From: an uncultured Clostridia bacterium
GTDB taxonomy: Bacteria > Bacillota > Clostridia > Oscillospirales > CAG-272
Assembly (NCBI GenBank): GCA_947367285.1
Contig: CANBDB010000002.1
Span: 1-33,309, forward strand
DNA: 33,309 nucleotides
Direction of reading: 5' to 3'
Under the pieces are notes generated by a model, which had not been told where the DNA came from, ran no database searches, and worked only from the letters and a program-made list of their open reading frames with translations. The translations under genes were made by a program, and so were the position numbers. Positions 1 to 7,903 of the stretch are shown one piece after another. Position 1 is the stretch's first letter. Every line of letters starts with the position of its first letter.

Positions 1-248
1 TCGGGGAAGCCTAAACAAAAAGTTTCCCTTGTTTCGGCTCATAAGGGCAAAAACAAGGGAAAATACATAAGGAACGAACATTAAAATGCCGATTTTCCTT
101 GAAAACACAAGGGTTTCGGAGGATTAAATAGATAAATCTAGCTAATGTTTGTCAAGTAGAATTTTTGTGTTGTTGTTCGCAAAAAAGGGCGCAGAAAATT
201 AACCCACCAGATTGCGGGCTTTAAAAATTCGTGTATAATGAAAGAGAT

Positions 249-1442
249 CTACCGGTAGAGCTCCATCGCTCTTGCGTAGTAGATTCGGAGGAACTTGTTT
301 ACACCAGCCATCTTGGCCACGTTGTAGGGCTTGCCTTCCTGTTCCTTTTTCAAAATAAATTGGTATACAGGATCATCCTGAGGTTTTGTCAGTTTAAGGG
401 CCTGCATGACCTCAAAACAAGCTTTCCGGAGAGCAGAGCTGCCACGTTTGGAGATATGGCGGTTTCTGCTCTCAAACTGTCCAGACTGGTATGGCGGTGC
501 ATCATTGCCTGCATAGGAGTTTAGCGCCTTGGCACTATGGAAGCGCCGTATATCCCCGATCTCAGCCAGGATAACAGGTCCCAGTCGGTCGCCAACACCA
601 TTCATTGCTCGCAGCACTTTGTATTCGGGAATTGTTTCTGCGATGTTCTGCATCTGGGTAATGATTTCATCCGCTGCATTCTGAGCAGTAGCCAACAGAT
701 CTACGCATTGATCCTGAGCAGACCAGATGTATGGATCTTCGCCACGGGTAGTGATACTGTCACGTGCCAGTTCATAAATTGCCAACCCCTTCTGCGGAGC
801 ATGGCGATCTGTTGTTTTCTTCATGAGTGTTGCGTAAGTGGAGAGAAAACGATTTTTGCCCATACGTTGAATCTCATCAAATGATTTATACCGCTTTATG
901 AAGAGCATTAAAGCACTTTTCTCTGGATTTCGGCTCTTAAGGGCGAGAAATTTAGTGATTCCGGGCATGGTTTGGTCCAGAAGATTGATAAGCTGTACCT
1001 TAAGTTTGGCAACGAAAGCGATTCGTTGATCGTACTGTCTGGACAAAAATTTTAGATCTTCATATTTTTGTTCCATGAAGCTGTAAGGAACAAGCTTGTA
1101 GGATTTCTCCAATGCGTAGGTTGCGATACGAAGCGCATCCTTCTTATCGGTTTTCGCCTTATGGATCTCCACATCTCCGTATTTCTTCATCTGATACGGA
1201 TTGACAACACACACCGGAAATCCCTCATCCTGGAGCTTTTTCAGAACAGGATAATGATAGTGTCCAGTATACTCCAGAAGGATAGTTACAGGCTCGTCCA
1301 GCTCCTTTAACCGGGATACGAGAGCATCCATTTCCGGTTGTGTATGCGCCATGTTAAACGGTGTTGCCAAAACAGTTCCGTAGGAGTCCAGGATGGCAAC
1401 GGTGCTCTTGGATTTTGAAACATCGATTCCAACAGCAATCAT
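249..1442 (-). CDS. IS110-family transposase/recombinase
   Basis: 397-aa ORF. N-terminus MIAVGIDVSKSKSTVAIL (DEDD-type RuvC-like start) and C-terminal NGVGDRLGPVILAEIGDIRRF / HISKRGSSALRKA motifs are typical of IS110/IS1111 recombinases. AGGAGG SD (1449-1454 on plus) lies 6 nt before the ATG. Confidence 0.93.
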   Translation of the reverse strand: MIAVGIDVSKSKSTVAILDSYGTVLATPFNMAHTQPEMDALVSRLKELDEPVTILLEYTGHYHYPVLKKLQDEGFPVCVVNPYQMKKYGDVEIHKAKTDKKDALRIATYALEKSYKLVPYSFMEQKYEDLKFLSRQYDQRIAFVAKLKVQLINLLDQTMPGITKFLALKSRNPEKSALMLFIKRYKSFDEIQRMGKNRFLSTYATLMKKTTDRHAPQKGLAIYELARDSITTRGEDPYIWSAQDQCVDLLATAQNAADEIITQMQNIAETIPEYKVLRAMNGVGDRLGPVILAEIGDIRRFHSAKALNSYAGNDAPPYQSGQFESRNRHISKRGSSALRKACFEVMQALKLTKPQDDPVYQFILKKEQEGKPYNVAKMAGVNKFLRIYYARAMELYR

Positions 1443-1690
1443 GATGATCCTCCTTTGTGAATGATATTGATCGGTTCCAGCTCTTCAAAATTCATTCAGA
1501 TTGGTGCGTTAAACGGGAGCAGCATGCCGTCCCAACTAGCTAAATCGAATGCAGAATGATGAAGGATGGCTGACACATTTATCTGCGGGCGTGGTGTCCC
1601 AATTGGAAATTCCGTCAGGCCGACCTCCTTCATCATATAAGAGAAGCGAAGGCTGTTAAACCTTCGCTTTTATATTACCAATAAGAATTT
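1443..1690 (-). ncRNA. Candidate IS110 non-coding end / bridge-RNA-like 5' region
   Basis: About 250 nt non-coding directly upstream of the IS110 recombinase. 11-bp long-range inverted repeat ATGATGAAGGA (1556-1566) / TCCTTCATCAT (1626-1636). Additional 9-bp hairpin at 1644-1669. Assigned by position and structure only. Confidence 0.3.
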
Positions 1691-1706
1691 ATGGAGGTAA
1701 TATTGT

Positions 1707-2120
1707 ATGTGTTTTGCTTTTGCATTACTATCTGCAATATTTGCAGCACTTACCTCTATACTGGCGAAGGTTGGTATAGATGGGGTAAACTCAAATCTTG
1801 CAACGGCTATCAGAACCGTAGTTGTTGTGGTTATGGCGTGGGGGATGGTGTTCCTTACTAATGCTCAAAAAGGTTTATCGGAAATTGACTCAAAAAGTTG
1901 GATTTTTCTTATTCTATCAGGACTTGCAACCGGTGCATCGTGGCTATGTTATTACAAGGCTTTGCAGATGGGCGAAGCATCAAAAGTTGTTCCGATTGAT
2001 AAATTAAGTGTTGTAATAACATTAGTTTTAGCATTTGTGTTCTTACACGAACAATTTACATATAAATCTCTGATTGGATGTATTCTCATTGGAATCGGAA
2101 CTTTGGTAATGGTTCTGTAA
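1707..2120 (+). CDS. Small EamA-domain (DMT superfamily) membrane transporter
   Basis: 137 aa, four predicted TM helices. Single EamA-like repeat (ILAKVGIDGVNSNLATAIRT..., ...YYKALQMGEASKVVPIDKLSVV). GGAGG 9 nt upstream. Confidence 0.8.
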   Translation: MCFAFALLSAIFAALTSILAKVGIDGVNSNLATAIRTVVVVVMAWGMVFLTNAQKGLSEIDSKSWIFLILSGLATGASWLCYYKALQMGEASKVVPIDKLSVVITLVLAFVFLHEQFTYKSLIGCILIGIGTLVMVL

Positions 2121-2152
2121 ATTCCAATAAGTCGAACTGAAGGAGGTGTAGC

Positions 2153-2590
2153 ATGGCCGAGAAATTTCCATATGAGGATATAGTGGATCTACCTCATCAT
2201 GTATCAAAGAAATATCCGCAGCCCACAATGGCAGACCGTGCTGCACGATTCAGTCCATTTGCGGCCATAAGTGGATACGAGGATATGGTAAAAGAAGCGG
2301 CTCGCGTAACCGAAGAACGCATCGATATAACCGATGCGACAAAGGAACTGCTTAATGAGAAACTGAACATGATCATTGAGTTTCTTGACGAAGAGCCGGA
2401 AGTCAGTATAACCTATTTTGAGCCGGACATGAGAAAAGCCGGAGGTGCTTATATCACCGTCATCGGTACGGTGAAACGAATTGACGAATATGAGCATCTT
2501 GTCATTATGACTGACGGCAAGAAGATCAACATCCACGAAATTTATAACCTACAAAGCGAGTTGTTCTACTCTCTTGGGGTAGAGGACTAA
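2153..2590 (+). CDS. YolD-like family protein
   Basis: 145 aa. The motif MADRAARFSPFAAISGYEDMV matches the YolD-like signature (R-A-x-x-F-x-P-F-A-A-L-x-G). SD GAAGGAGG upstream. Confidence 0.7.
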   Translation: MAEKFPYEDIVDLPHHVSKKYPQPTMADRAARFSPFAAISGYEDMVKEAARVTEERIDITDATKELLNEKLNMIIEFLDEEPEVSITYFEPDMRKAGGAYITVIGTVKRIDEYEHLVIMTDGKKINIHEIYNLQSELFYSLGVED

Positions 2591-2614
2591 CACATACTAA
2601 ACAGAAAGAAACTG

Positions 2615-2652
2615 GACCGATGGACATAAAACAGAGTGTCCATCGGTCTTTT
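2615..2652 (+). terminator. Rho-independent terminator
   Basis: 12-bp stem GACCGATGGACA / TGTCCATCGGTC, 10-nt loop, followed by TTTT. Confidence 0.8.
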
Positions 2653-2781
2653 GTCATAAAAAAGGTGCATCCGACTTCTACGGATAGCCGAACAGTTCGA
2701 GAGTTGGCTTATTCCGAAAAGACAGTTAAAAACTTATACTATTTATATAAGTCTACTGCTATTTGAGAAGGAGGTGCGAAG

Positions 2782-3105
2782 ATGGATAAAGTAGCAATCG
2801 GCTCCCGCTTGCGTGAAGCCAGGAACATGGTGAAGCTTACGCAAGAGCAGTTGGCTGAAAAAGTCGGTATCGGCACAACATATATCTCTGACATTGAGCG
2901 TGGTGCAAAATTCCCGAGTTTAAGTTTGTTTATCAAGATAGTAGACGCCCTGGGCGTATCCTCAGACTACATTCTTCGCGGTGAGATAGAAGCCGGAAAG
3001 AATTGCGTGTATGATGACATTACTAAGAAGTTAGACGGTCTGTCCCCGAAGCAGAGATTGGCTGTTGCCGAACTCATTGACACTTATATTAAGACTCTGA
3101 ACTAA
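2782..3105 (+). CDS. XRE-family helix-turn-helix transcriptional regulator
   Basis: 107 aa. LTQEQLAEKVGIGTTYISDIERGAKFPSLSLFIKIVDALGV is a canonical HTH_3 (Cro/C1) motif. SD GAAGGAGG. Confidence 0.9.
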   Translation: MDKVAIGSRLREARNMVKLTQEQLAEKVGIGTTYISDIERGAKFPSLSLFIKIVDALGVSSDYILRGEIEAGKNCVYDDITKKLDGLSPKQRLAVAELIDTYIKTLN

Positions 3106-3117
3106 AATTGAATATAC

Positions 3118-3156
3118 AGAGGTCGATCCTTAAAAAATGGGTCGGCCTCTTTTTTA
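3118..3156 (+). terminator. Rho-independent terminator
   Basis: Stem AGAGGTCGATCC / GGGTCGGCCTCT (two G-U pairs) followed by TTTTTT. Confidence 0.75.
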
Positions 3157-3294
3157 TACTCCTTTGTCGCAAATTGTCGGAAAGTTTTTGGTGTTCTCTG
3201 CCACAATGCGACATTTTTTTCATATTGAACGGGTGTAATATAGACGTGTAGCAGAACACTACTACAAATAGCCGAAGATAAAAGGAGTGGTAAT

Positions 3295-3486
3295 ATGACA
3301 CAAATCGGCATAGTGAGAAAAATTGACTCACTTGGGAGAGTGACGCTCCCGAAAGAACTCAGGCGAGTATTCAAATTAAGTAAGGATGACGAAATAGAAA
3401 TACTTGCCACAGACGAAGGGATACTGCTTCGTGTCCCAAACATTGAGGTGCGTCGACTCAGCACGGAAACAGGAGGTAAGCGGTAA
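3295..3486 (+). CDS. AbrB/MazE/SpoVT-family DNA-binding protein
   Basis: 63 aa. GIVRKIDSLGRVTLPKELRRVFKLSKDDEIEI closely parallels the AbrB N-terminal swapped-hairpin domain (GIVRKVDELGRVVIPIELRR). SD AAAGGAG. Confidence 0.9.
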   Translation: MTQIGIVRKIDSLGRVTLPKELRRVFKLSKDDEIEILATDEGILLRVPNIEVRRLSTETGGKR

Positions 3487-3487
3487 T

Positions 3488-3997
3488 ATGGAAAAAGAAA
3501 AATTTGATCTATTGAATATTGAGTATCCAAAGAACCTACTATGCGCTGTCAGAGGTAGCCTGGAAGCTGATGAACCCACAGAGCTAACTGAGGATGTCCT
3601 TGCTGGCATTCAATACGCACTATCTACGCTAAAAGATCGAGAGAGATTCGTGATTGTTGAAAGATACAGAGAAAAGCGAACTCTCCGCAGTATTGGTGAA
3701 GACATCGGAGTGAAAACGGAGCGTGTGCGTCAGATTGTAAATAAAGCAGAAAGGAACCTGCGCCATCCGCGTAATATTGCATTTATGACAAAGGGCGTGA
3801 TCGGATACATAAAGAGGGTGAATGCAATCGAATATGAGCGAGGATATAAACGTGGTTACGACGAAGGCTACGAGCAAGGGATGAAAGACGCACCGAATGG
3901 AGTCGTAAAAGCTGGAATGAGTGTAACGCTTTCCTCGCTTCCCATCGAGGTGCTTGACTTGTCAATACGAGCATTTAATGCAATGAAGAGAGCCTGA
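3488..3997 (+). CDS. Sigma-70 region-4-like HTH protein fused to an RpoA alpha-CTD-like domain, truncated by an in-frame TGA
   Basis: I start the CDS at ATG 3488, 1 nt after the AbrB stop; the 3404 start in the ORF track overlaps abrB. LSTLKDRERFVIVERYREKRTLRSIGEDIGVKTERVRQIVNKAERNLRH is a sigma region 4.2-type HTH. The C-terminal IEVLDLSIRAFNAMKRA matches the first helix of the alpha-CTD helix-hairpin-helix and stops at TGA 3995-3997. Confidence 0.75.
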   Translation: MEKEKFDLLNIEYPKNLLCAVRGSLEADEPTELTEDVLAGIQYALSTLKDRERFVIVERYREKRTLRSIGEDIGVKTERVRQIVNKAERNLRHPRNIAFMTKGVIGYIKRVNAIEYERGYKRGYDEGYEQGMKDAPNGVVKAGMSVTLSSLPIEVLDLSIRAFNAMKRA

Positions 3998-4162
3998 TAT
4001 AACACAGTTGGTGATATTGTTCCGCTGACGCACAAAGAGATGATCCATATTAATAATCTCGGTGTGAAGCAACGTGGAGAGGTTGCTAAGGGATTGCGTC
4101 TCTACGGAATTGTAGGTACTGAATGGGATCTGTTTTATCACGAACCGAAAGAAGAAATCTAA
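3998..4162 (+). pseudogene. In-frame continuation of the alpha-CTD-like domain after the TGA
   Basis: The same frame reads YNTVGDIVPLTHKEMIHINNLGVKQRGEVAKGLRLYGI to TAA 4160-4162. This completes the alpha-CTD consensus (RAG-I-NTV-x-(D/E)-L ... NLG-x-K-S-x-x-E-(I/V)). The TGA sits where the conserved Gly (GGA) is expected. Confidence 0.6.
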
Positions 4163-4179
4163 ATTGGGAGGACACTACA

Positions 4180-4788
4180 ATGAAAACACAAGAAATGATC
4201 ATACTGAATAACGAAGAAATGCTACAGAAAATGCTCGGAGTGATTGAGAGTGTAAGCAAGGACTTCCCGCGCATCAAGGAAGAATATGAGCAGTCAATCT
4301 TTATGCTCCGCCGTGAGCTGGGTGATGAGAAGGTGGATAAGTTCCTAAATGCTATCAACCGTCGCTGCGAAGCAGATCTGATTTTCTGTGGCAGCCTCGG
4401 CTATCAAGCGAACCTACAGAACTTCCGTGATCCAATCGCACGAACCTTTATGGATGTAGATTGCGAGGAATATTTGCGCGTTCACGTGTTGGAGGGAATG
4501 CCTCAAAGAGAACAGGCAGAGAAAGAAATCAATGCGTTCTACGATTCCTTGACCGAGGAACAAAAAGGTGCGTGGGATGACATCTCCTCCTACTTGGTAA
4601 GTTTGGAACTCGACCTCACGAAGCTGGCACACTATGCAGGCTTCATGTTCGCAAACGAAATGCTCGTCTACACCGAACCCGGCTACTCACCGAACCTCGT
4701 GCTGTCTCTCCGTTACCGCAGTTTTATGAGCGAATGGTTTGGCGCTGATTTTAAGCTGTGGTATGAAAAAGAAAAGATGGCTTCATGA
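4180..4788 (+). CDS. Hypothetical protein (no family recognised)
   Basis: 202 aa from ATG 4180, with GGGAGG SD at 4166-4171. The 4123 start in the ORF track overlaps the previous reading frame. Coding-like composition. Confidence 0.65.
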   Translation: MKTQEMIILNNEEMLQKMLGVIESVSKDFPRIKEEYEQSIFMLRRELGDEKVDKFLNAINRRCEADLIFCGSLGYQANLQNFRDPIARTFMDVDCEEYLRVHVLEGMPQREQAEKEINAFYDSLTEEQKGAWDDISSYLVSLELDLTKLAHYAGFMFANEMLVYTEPGYSPNLVLSLRYRSFMSEWFGADFKLWYEKEKMAS

Positions 4789-4806
4789 GGTGGCGACTTA
4801 ATACGT

Positions 4807-4838
4807 GGTAGAAAAAGTCACAATTTTATGATATAATA
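4807..4838 (+). promoter_or_regulatory. Promoter-like 32-bp element, copy 1 (identical to 11875-11906)
   Basis: GGTAGAAAAAGTCACAATTTTATGATATAATA. Extended -10 TGATATAAT (TATAAT at 4832-4837). TAGAAA lies 17 nt upstream as a weak -35. Imperfect palindrome TCACAATTTTATGA in the spacer. Confidence 0.55.
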
Positions 4839-4909
4839 GAAGAAAAGTGCGAATCCAGTGAGGTTATAGGAGCATCAGCCCACCCGAGAATTTAAAACGG
4901 ACGATGATG

Positions 4910-4950
4910 AAAGCCTGTAACTTTTCAAAAAAGTTGCGGGCTTTTGCGTT
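4910..4950 (+). terminator. Intrinsic terminator/attenuator inside the leader of the sigma operon
   Basis: 16-bp stem AAAGCCTGTAACTTTT / AAAAGTTGCGGGCTTT (two G-U pairs), 3-nt loop, followed by TTTTGCGTTT. Located 85 nt upstream of the sigma-factor ATG. Confidence 0.6.
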
Positions 4951-5034
4951 TACAGTGACATATCTGAATTTAAATGTTGACTTAATAAGTGAAAGGCATA
5001 ACGCGCGGTGCCAATTGTCACAGAAAGGAGTATT

Positions 5035-5595
5035 ATGGATGATAACAGAATAATCGAATTATTGTTTGAGCGTGCCGAAACTGCGCTCAATGAAGTATCC
5101 CATAAATATTCCCGACTGTACAAAGGGATTATCAGAGAAGTTCTGAGCGATGAATGCGATATTGACGAATGTGCTAACGACGTTCTGCTCGCTGTGTGGA
5201 ATACCATACCCCCGAACAGACCGAATAGCCTTACGGCATATATCTGCAAGATCGCCAGGCGCATCGGCATAAACAGGCTGAAATATAACACAAGGCAAAA
5301 GAGAAACATAGGCTACATAGTGATGCTCTCAGAGCTTGACGATTGTCTGCCGGCAGAGGAACCGATCGACGATAGTGATGAACGCAGCGAGATCATTCAA
5401 TCTGTTCTGTCTGATTTTCTCCGTGATCTTGATCCCGAAACCGAAATCCTGTTTGTGCGCCGATATATGTATCTTGAATCAGTGGCAGATCTTGCCCGGC
5501 GGTTTGAACTTGATGAAAACCGCGTATCGGTAAAGCTGTACCGCGCGAGAAAAAAGCTAAAAAAGGTGCTTGAAAAGGAGGGTATCAAAGTATGA
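5035..5595 (+). CDS. Sigma-70 family (ECF-like) RNA polymerase sigma factor, copy 1
   Basis: 186 aa from ATG 5035 (SD GAAAGGAG). Region 2 (ECANDVLLAVWNTIPPNRPNSLTAYICKIARR) and region 4 (SVADLARRFELDENRVSVKLYRARKKL). Paralogous to 10104-10658. Confidence 0.9.
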   Translation: MDDNRIIELLFERAETALNEVSHKYSRLYKGIIREVLSDECDIDECANDVLLAVWNTIPPNRPNSLTAYICKIARRIGINRLKYNTRQKRNIGYIVMLSELDDCLPAEEPIDDSDERSEIIQSVLSDFLRDLDPETEILFVRRYMYLESVADLARRFELDENRVSVKLYRARKKLKKVLEKEGIKV

Positions 5596-6974
5596 AAAAC
5601 TCTCGCAATGAAAAATTCTCCGAACACTTATTGAACGTCGACGAAGAGATCCTTACCAACGCATACGAAATTGATGACGCTGAAAAGCTCAGACATTATA
5701 TCAAAGCGAAGAACGCAAAGACCAAGAAACCGTTTTATATGACTCCTATGTTTCGCAGAGTGGCTGCAATCGCAGCTTGCTTCGTGTTGATTGTTGGCGT
5801 AATGTTCTCAATTCCTGCGCTGTTTAACAAAGGGGGCGATACTCCTAATAATGATCCTGATGATGATCGAAACCACCTTGAAGAGGTTACCCCGCCTTGG
5901 TTAAAAGGAGAGGAAGACTATCTCACAATTAACAGCATTGATATGTTGAATTACTATACTGCAATGAAGGTACTTGCAGATCCGACGAATGTGACAAACA
6001 CAGCGTCTTACAAAACAGACAGTGGAATAACTCTTCTTTCTGCAAGTGTAAACGCCGGTGCAAACTCGTATGGATTTACGCTTCTATCTAATACAGATAG
6101 TGATGTTGGATACGACACGCCTCCCGAAGGATATAATCCTAATAATCAAGAGAAGAACGAAGAAAAAGTTTATTATTACGAGTTGGATCCAAATGAAGTC
6201 TTCTCGGTATCAAGAGTAATTTTCTTTCAGATCGAAATTAAGAATGCTAACGGATTTCTGGCTACTAAGGTTGGAACAGGCATCATCGATGTTGTAATTA
6301 CCGAAAACAGCTTGGAGCCTATGATTACCTTCAGAAATGGTGACCGTTACTATTCTTGCTGTGAAAACTCGCTCCTTGATAATGGTAAATTGTACTCGAC
6401 TCACAAGTATATTGAAGGCTTCTATATTGTCAAAAATTTAGAACAAGAGAACTATTCCTTTAGTGTTGAATACGATAATTTCAATCTCGACTATGTGAAT
6501 GTGATCGCAAAGAGCGTAACTTGTGATTCGTATAAAAACGGTGGTAACGTCCCCGATGGTGAAATGTCAGTGATTAGCAAAACGTATTTTTCGAGTAACA
6601 GTGTGGAAATGACTATTGCCGATCTTGAAGAATACTTCAACACCGGTAAGTTCCCCGAGGGAACGGAAGATCCGTCTCAGACAGAGAATCCTCCTGTAGT
6701 TACACCTCCTGCCGAAACAGCAGATTTTTATACCAATGGACAATATACCTTTGAACTTAAAAGCGACAACACATTTGCTTATTACAGCGTCGATGAAAAC
6801 TCCGATGTATACCGTAAAGGCAGCTATTCATGGGGTTGTGATGCGATTGAATTCAGATTCATGCACGAAGGTGAGGTTGTCGAAACGGTAAGCTGCGATC
6901 TCGCCGGACCGATCAGCTTTATGTATAACGGATCAGAATATGCTAAAGAACCGACAGGAGGTGTACAAGAATGA
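5592..6974 (+). CDS. Putative anti-sigma factor: single-pass membrane protein with a large extracytoplasmic domain
   Basis: ATGA overlap with the sigma gene. About 55-aa cytoplasmic N-terminus, TM helix VAAIAACFVLIVGVMFSIPALF, about 380-aa external domain. The call rests on position and topology. Confidence 0.65.
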   Translation: MKNSRNEKFSEHLLNVDEEILTNAYEIDDAEKLRHYIKAKNAKTKKPFYMTPMFRRVAAIAACFVLIVGVMFSIPALFNKGGDTPNNDPDDDRNHLEEVTPPWLKGEEDYLTINSIDMLNYYTAMKVLADPTNVTNTASYKTDSGITLLSASVNAGANSYGFTLLSNTDSDVGYDTPPEGYNPNNQEKNEEKVYYYELDPNEVFSVSRVIFFQIEIKNANGFLATKVGTGIIDVVITENSLEPMITFRNGDRYYSCCENSLLDNGKLYSTHKYIEGFYIVKNLEQENYSFSVEYDNFNLDYVNVIAKSVTCDSYKNGGNVPDGEMSVISKTYFSSNSVEMTIADLEEYFNTGKFPEGTEDPSQTENPPVVTPPAETADFYTNGQYTFELKSDNTFAYYSVDENSDVYRKGSYSWGCDAIEFRFMHEGEVVETVSCDLAGPISFMYNGSEYAKEPTGGVQE

Positions 6975-7885
6975 AGAAGATCATTGCAATATGCATTAGT
7001 ATAACATTGTTTTGTCTCTCCTTGGTGGGCTGTGATTCGGCGAACATAGCGGTTGGAGTAGAAGACGGAGCAGCATATTTCCATTACTCACAGACTACGC
7101 CGGATATAATTTTGAAGGGGGAAAGCGAAACTAAGATCGAAGATTCCTCCTTCTTCGGTAAACTTAGAACAGCAATTGATGGAAAACCTGCAGTTGAAGA
7201 TGTTTGCAATTGCGAAGCGATTTACAATGTTCGCATCGATAAATACACCTTCGGATTGCATACTCACGGAATAATGGTATCTTCTCCTATGGGTAACAAT
7301 ATCAAGGGCGTTAATGTATTTACGGTTGAGTGTTCTGAAGAAGAGATGAACGAGCTTTTCGATATTATAGAATCTGTATTGGGAACAGAAAATACCGTTT
7401 CGGGCGAGATGCCGAAAAATACTTCCTTGGAGTTTTGGATCACCGAGGATGTGAAAGACCGGGACTGGACCGGACACGATGAGATCTATGGTTGGATGGG
7501 AGCACGAGAGTTCCTCGGCAGCGGATATAAGAAAACGCAGGACGAAGATGGTTCAGATCAGCACCCGGAACATTACGTCAGTTACGTAATTACTGCATGG
7601 CCCGATTACGCAGACGGAGGTCAGTTCGTAACTGATATCACCGTTACCGATCCCGCTGTTAAAGTGTATGGGCTTACAATAGCATCCACCTTCGAGGAAT
7701 TTGATGCTGTGTTTGAACCCCTTGGATATGAGCTTTCTTGGGGTGAAGGCACAATCAAAACACGTGTTGCAACAAGGGACGGTATTACCTTCAGACTGAC
7801 ACGTGCGGTTGAGGATAACCCGGATGTTGTTCCGATGTTCCGCATTACCGCAGCAATAACCAACCGCGAAGGAATCGAATTCTAA
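6971..7885 (+). CDS. Lipoprotein, function unknown
   Basis: Signal peptide with lipobox MKKIIAICISITLFCLSLVGC. ATGA overlap with the upstream gene. Confidence 0.8.
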   Translation: MKKIIAICISITLFCLSLVGCDSANIAVGVEDGAAYFHYSQTTPDIILKGESETKIEDSSFFGKLRTAIDGKPAVEDVCNCEAIYNVRIDKYTFGLHTHGIMVSSPMGNNIKGVNVFTVECSEEEMNELFDIIESVLGTENTVSGEMPKNTSLEFWITEDVKDRDWTGHDEIYGWMGAREFLGSGYKKTQDEDGSDQHPEHYVSYVITAWPDYADGGQFVTDITVTDPAVKVYGLTIASTFEEFDAVFEPLGYELSWGEGTIKTRVATRDGITFRLTRAVEDNPDVVPMFRITAAITNREGIEF

Positions 7886-7903
7886 AACGAAAGGAGCCAC
7901 GAG

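Noticed and set aside
2649-2657. TTTGTCAT shared by the putative left (2650-2657) and right (19880-19887) island borders, as att direct repeats
   Set aside because: Only 8 bp. Both copies are the T-tracts of terminators, so chance similarity is likely and this is not adequate evidence for att sites.
3404-3487. Upstream extension of the sigma-r4/alpha-CTD ORF (ORF-track start 3404)
   Set aside because: It overlaps the 3' third of the AbrB-like gene in another frame. ATG 3488 immediately follows the AbrB stop.
3995-3997. Genome-wide TGA-to-Gly recoding (code 25) as an explanation for the in-frame TGA
   Set aside because: Many well-supported genes in the window terminate at TGA at the expected protein length. 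Examples are sigma 1 and the other ATGA-overlapped pairs, the ABC ATPase and the permease. Standard code 11 applies, so the TGA is a local event.
4904-5062. 52-codon ORF (MMKACNFSKKLRAFAF...) in the sigma leader
   Set aside because: No SD, it runs straight through the terminator hairpin, and it overlaps the sigma start in another frame. It is more plausibly non-coding leader.
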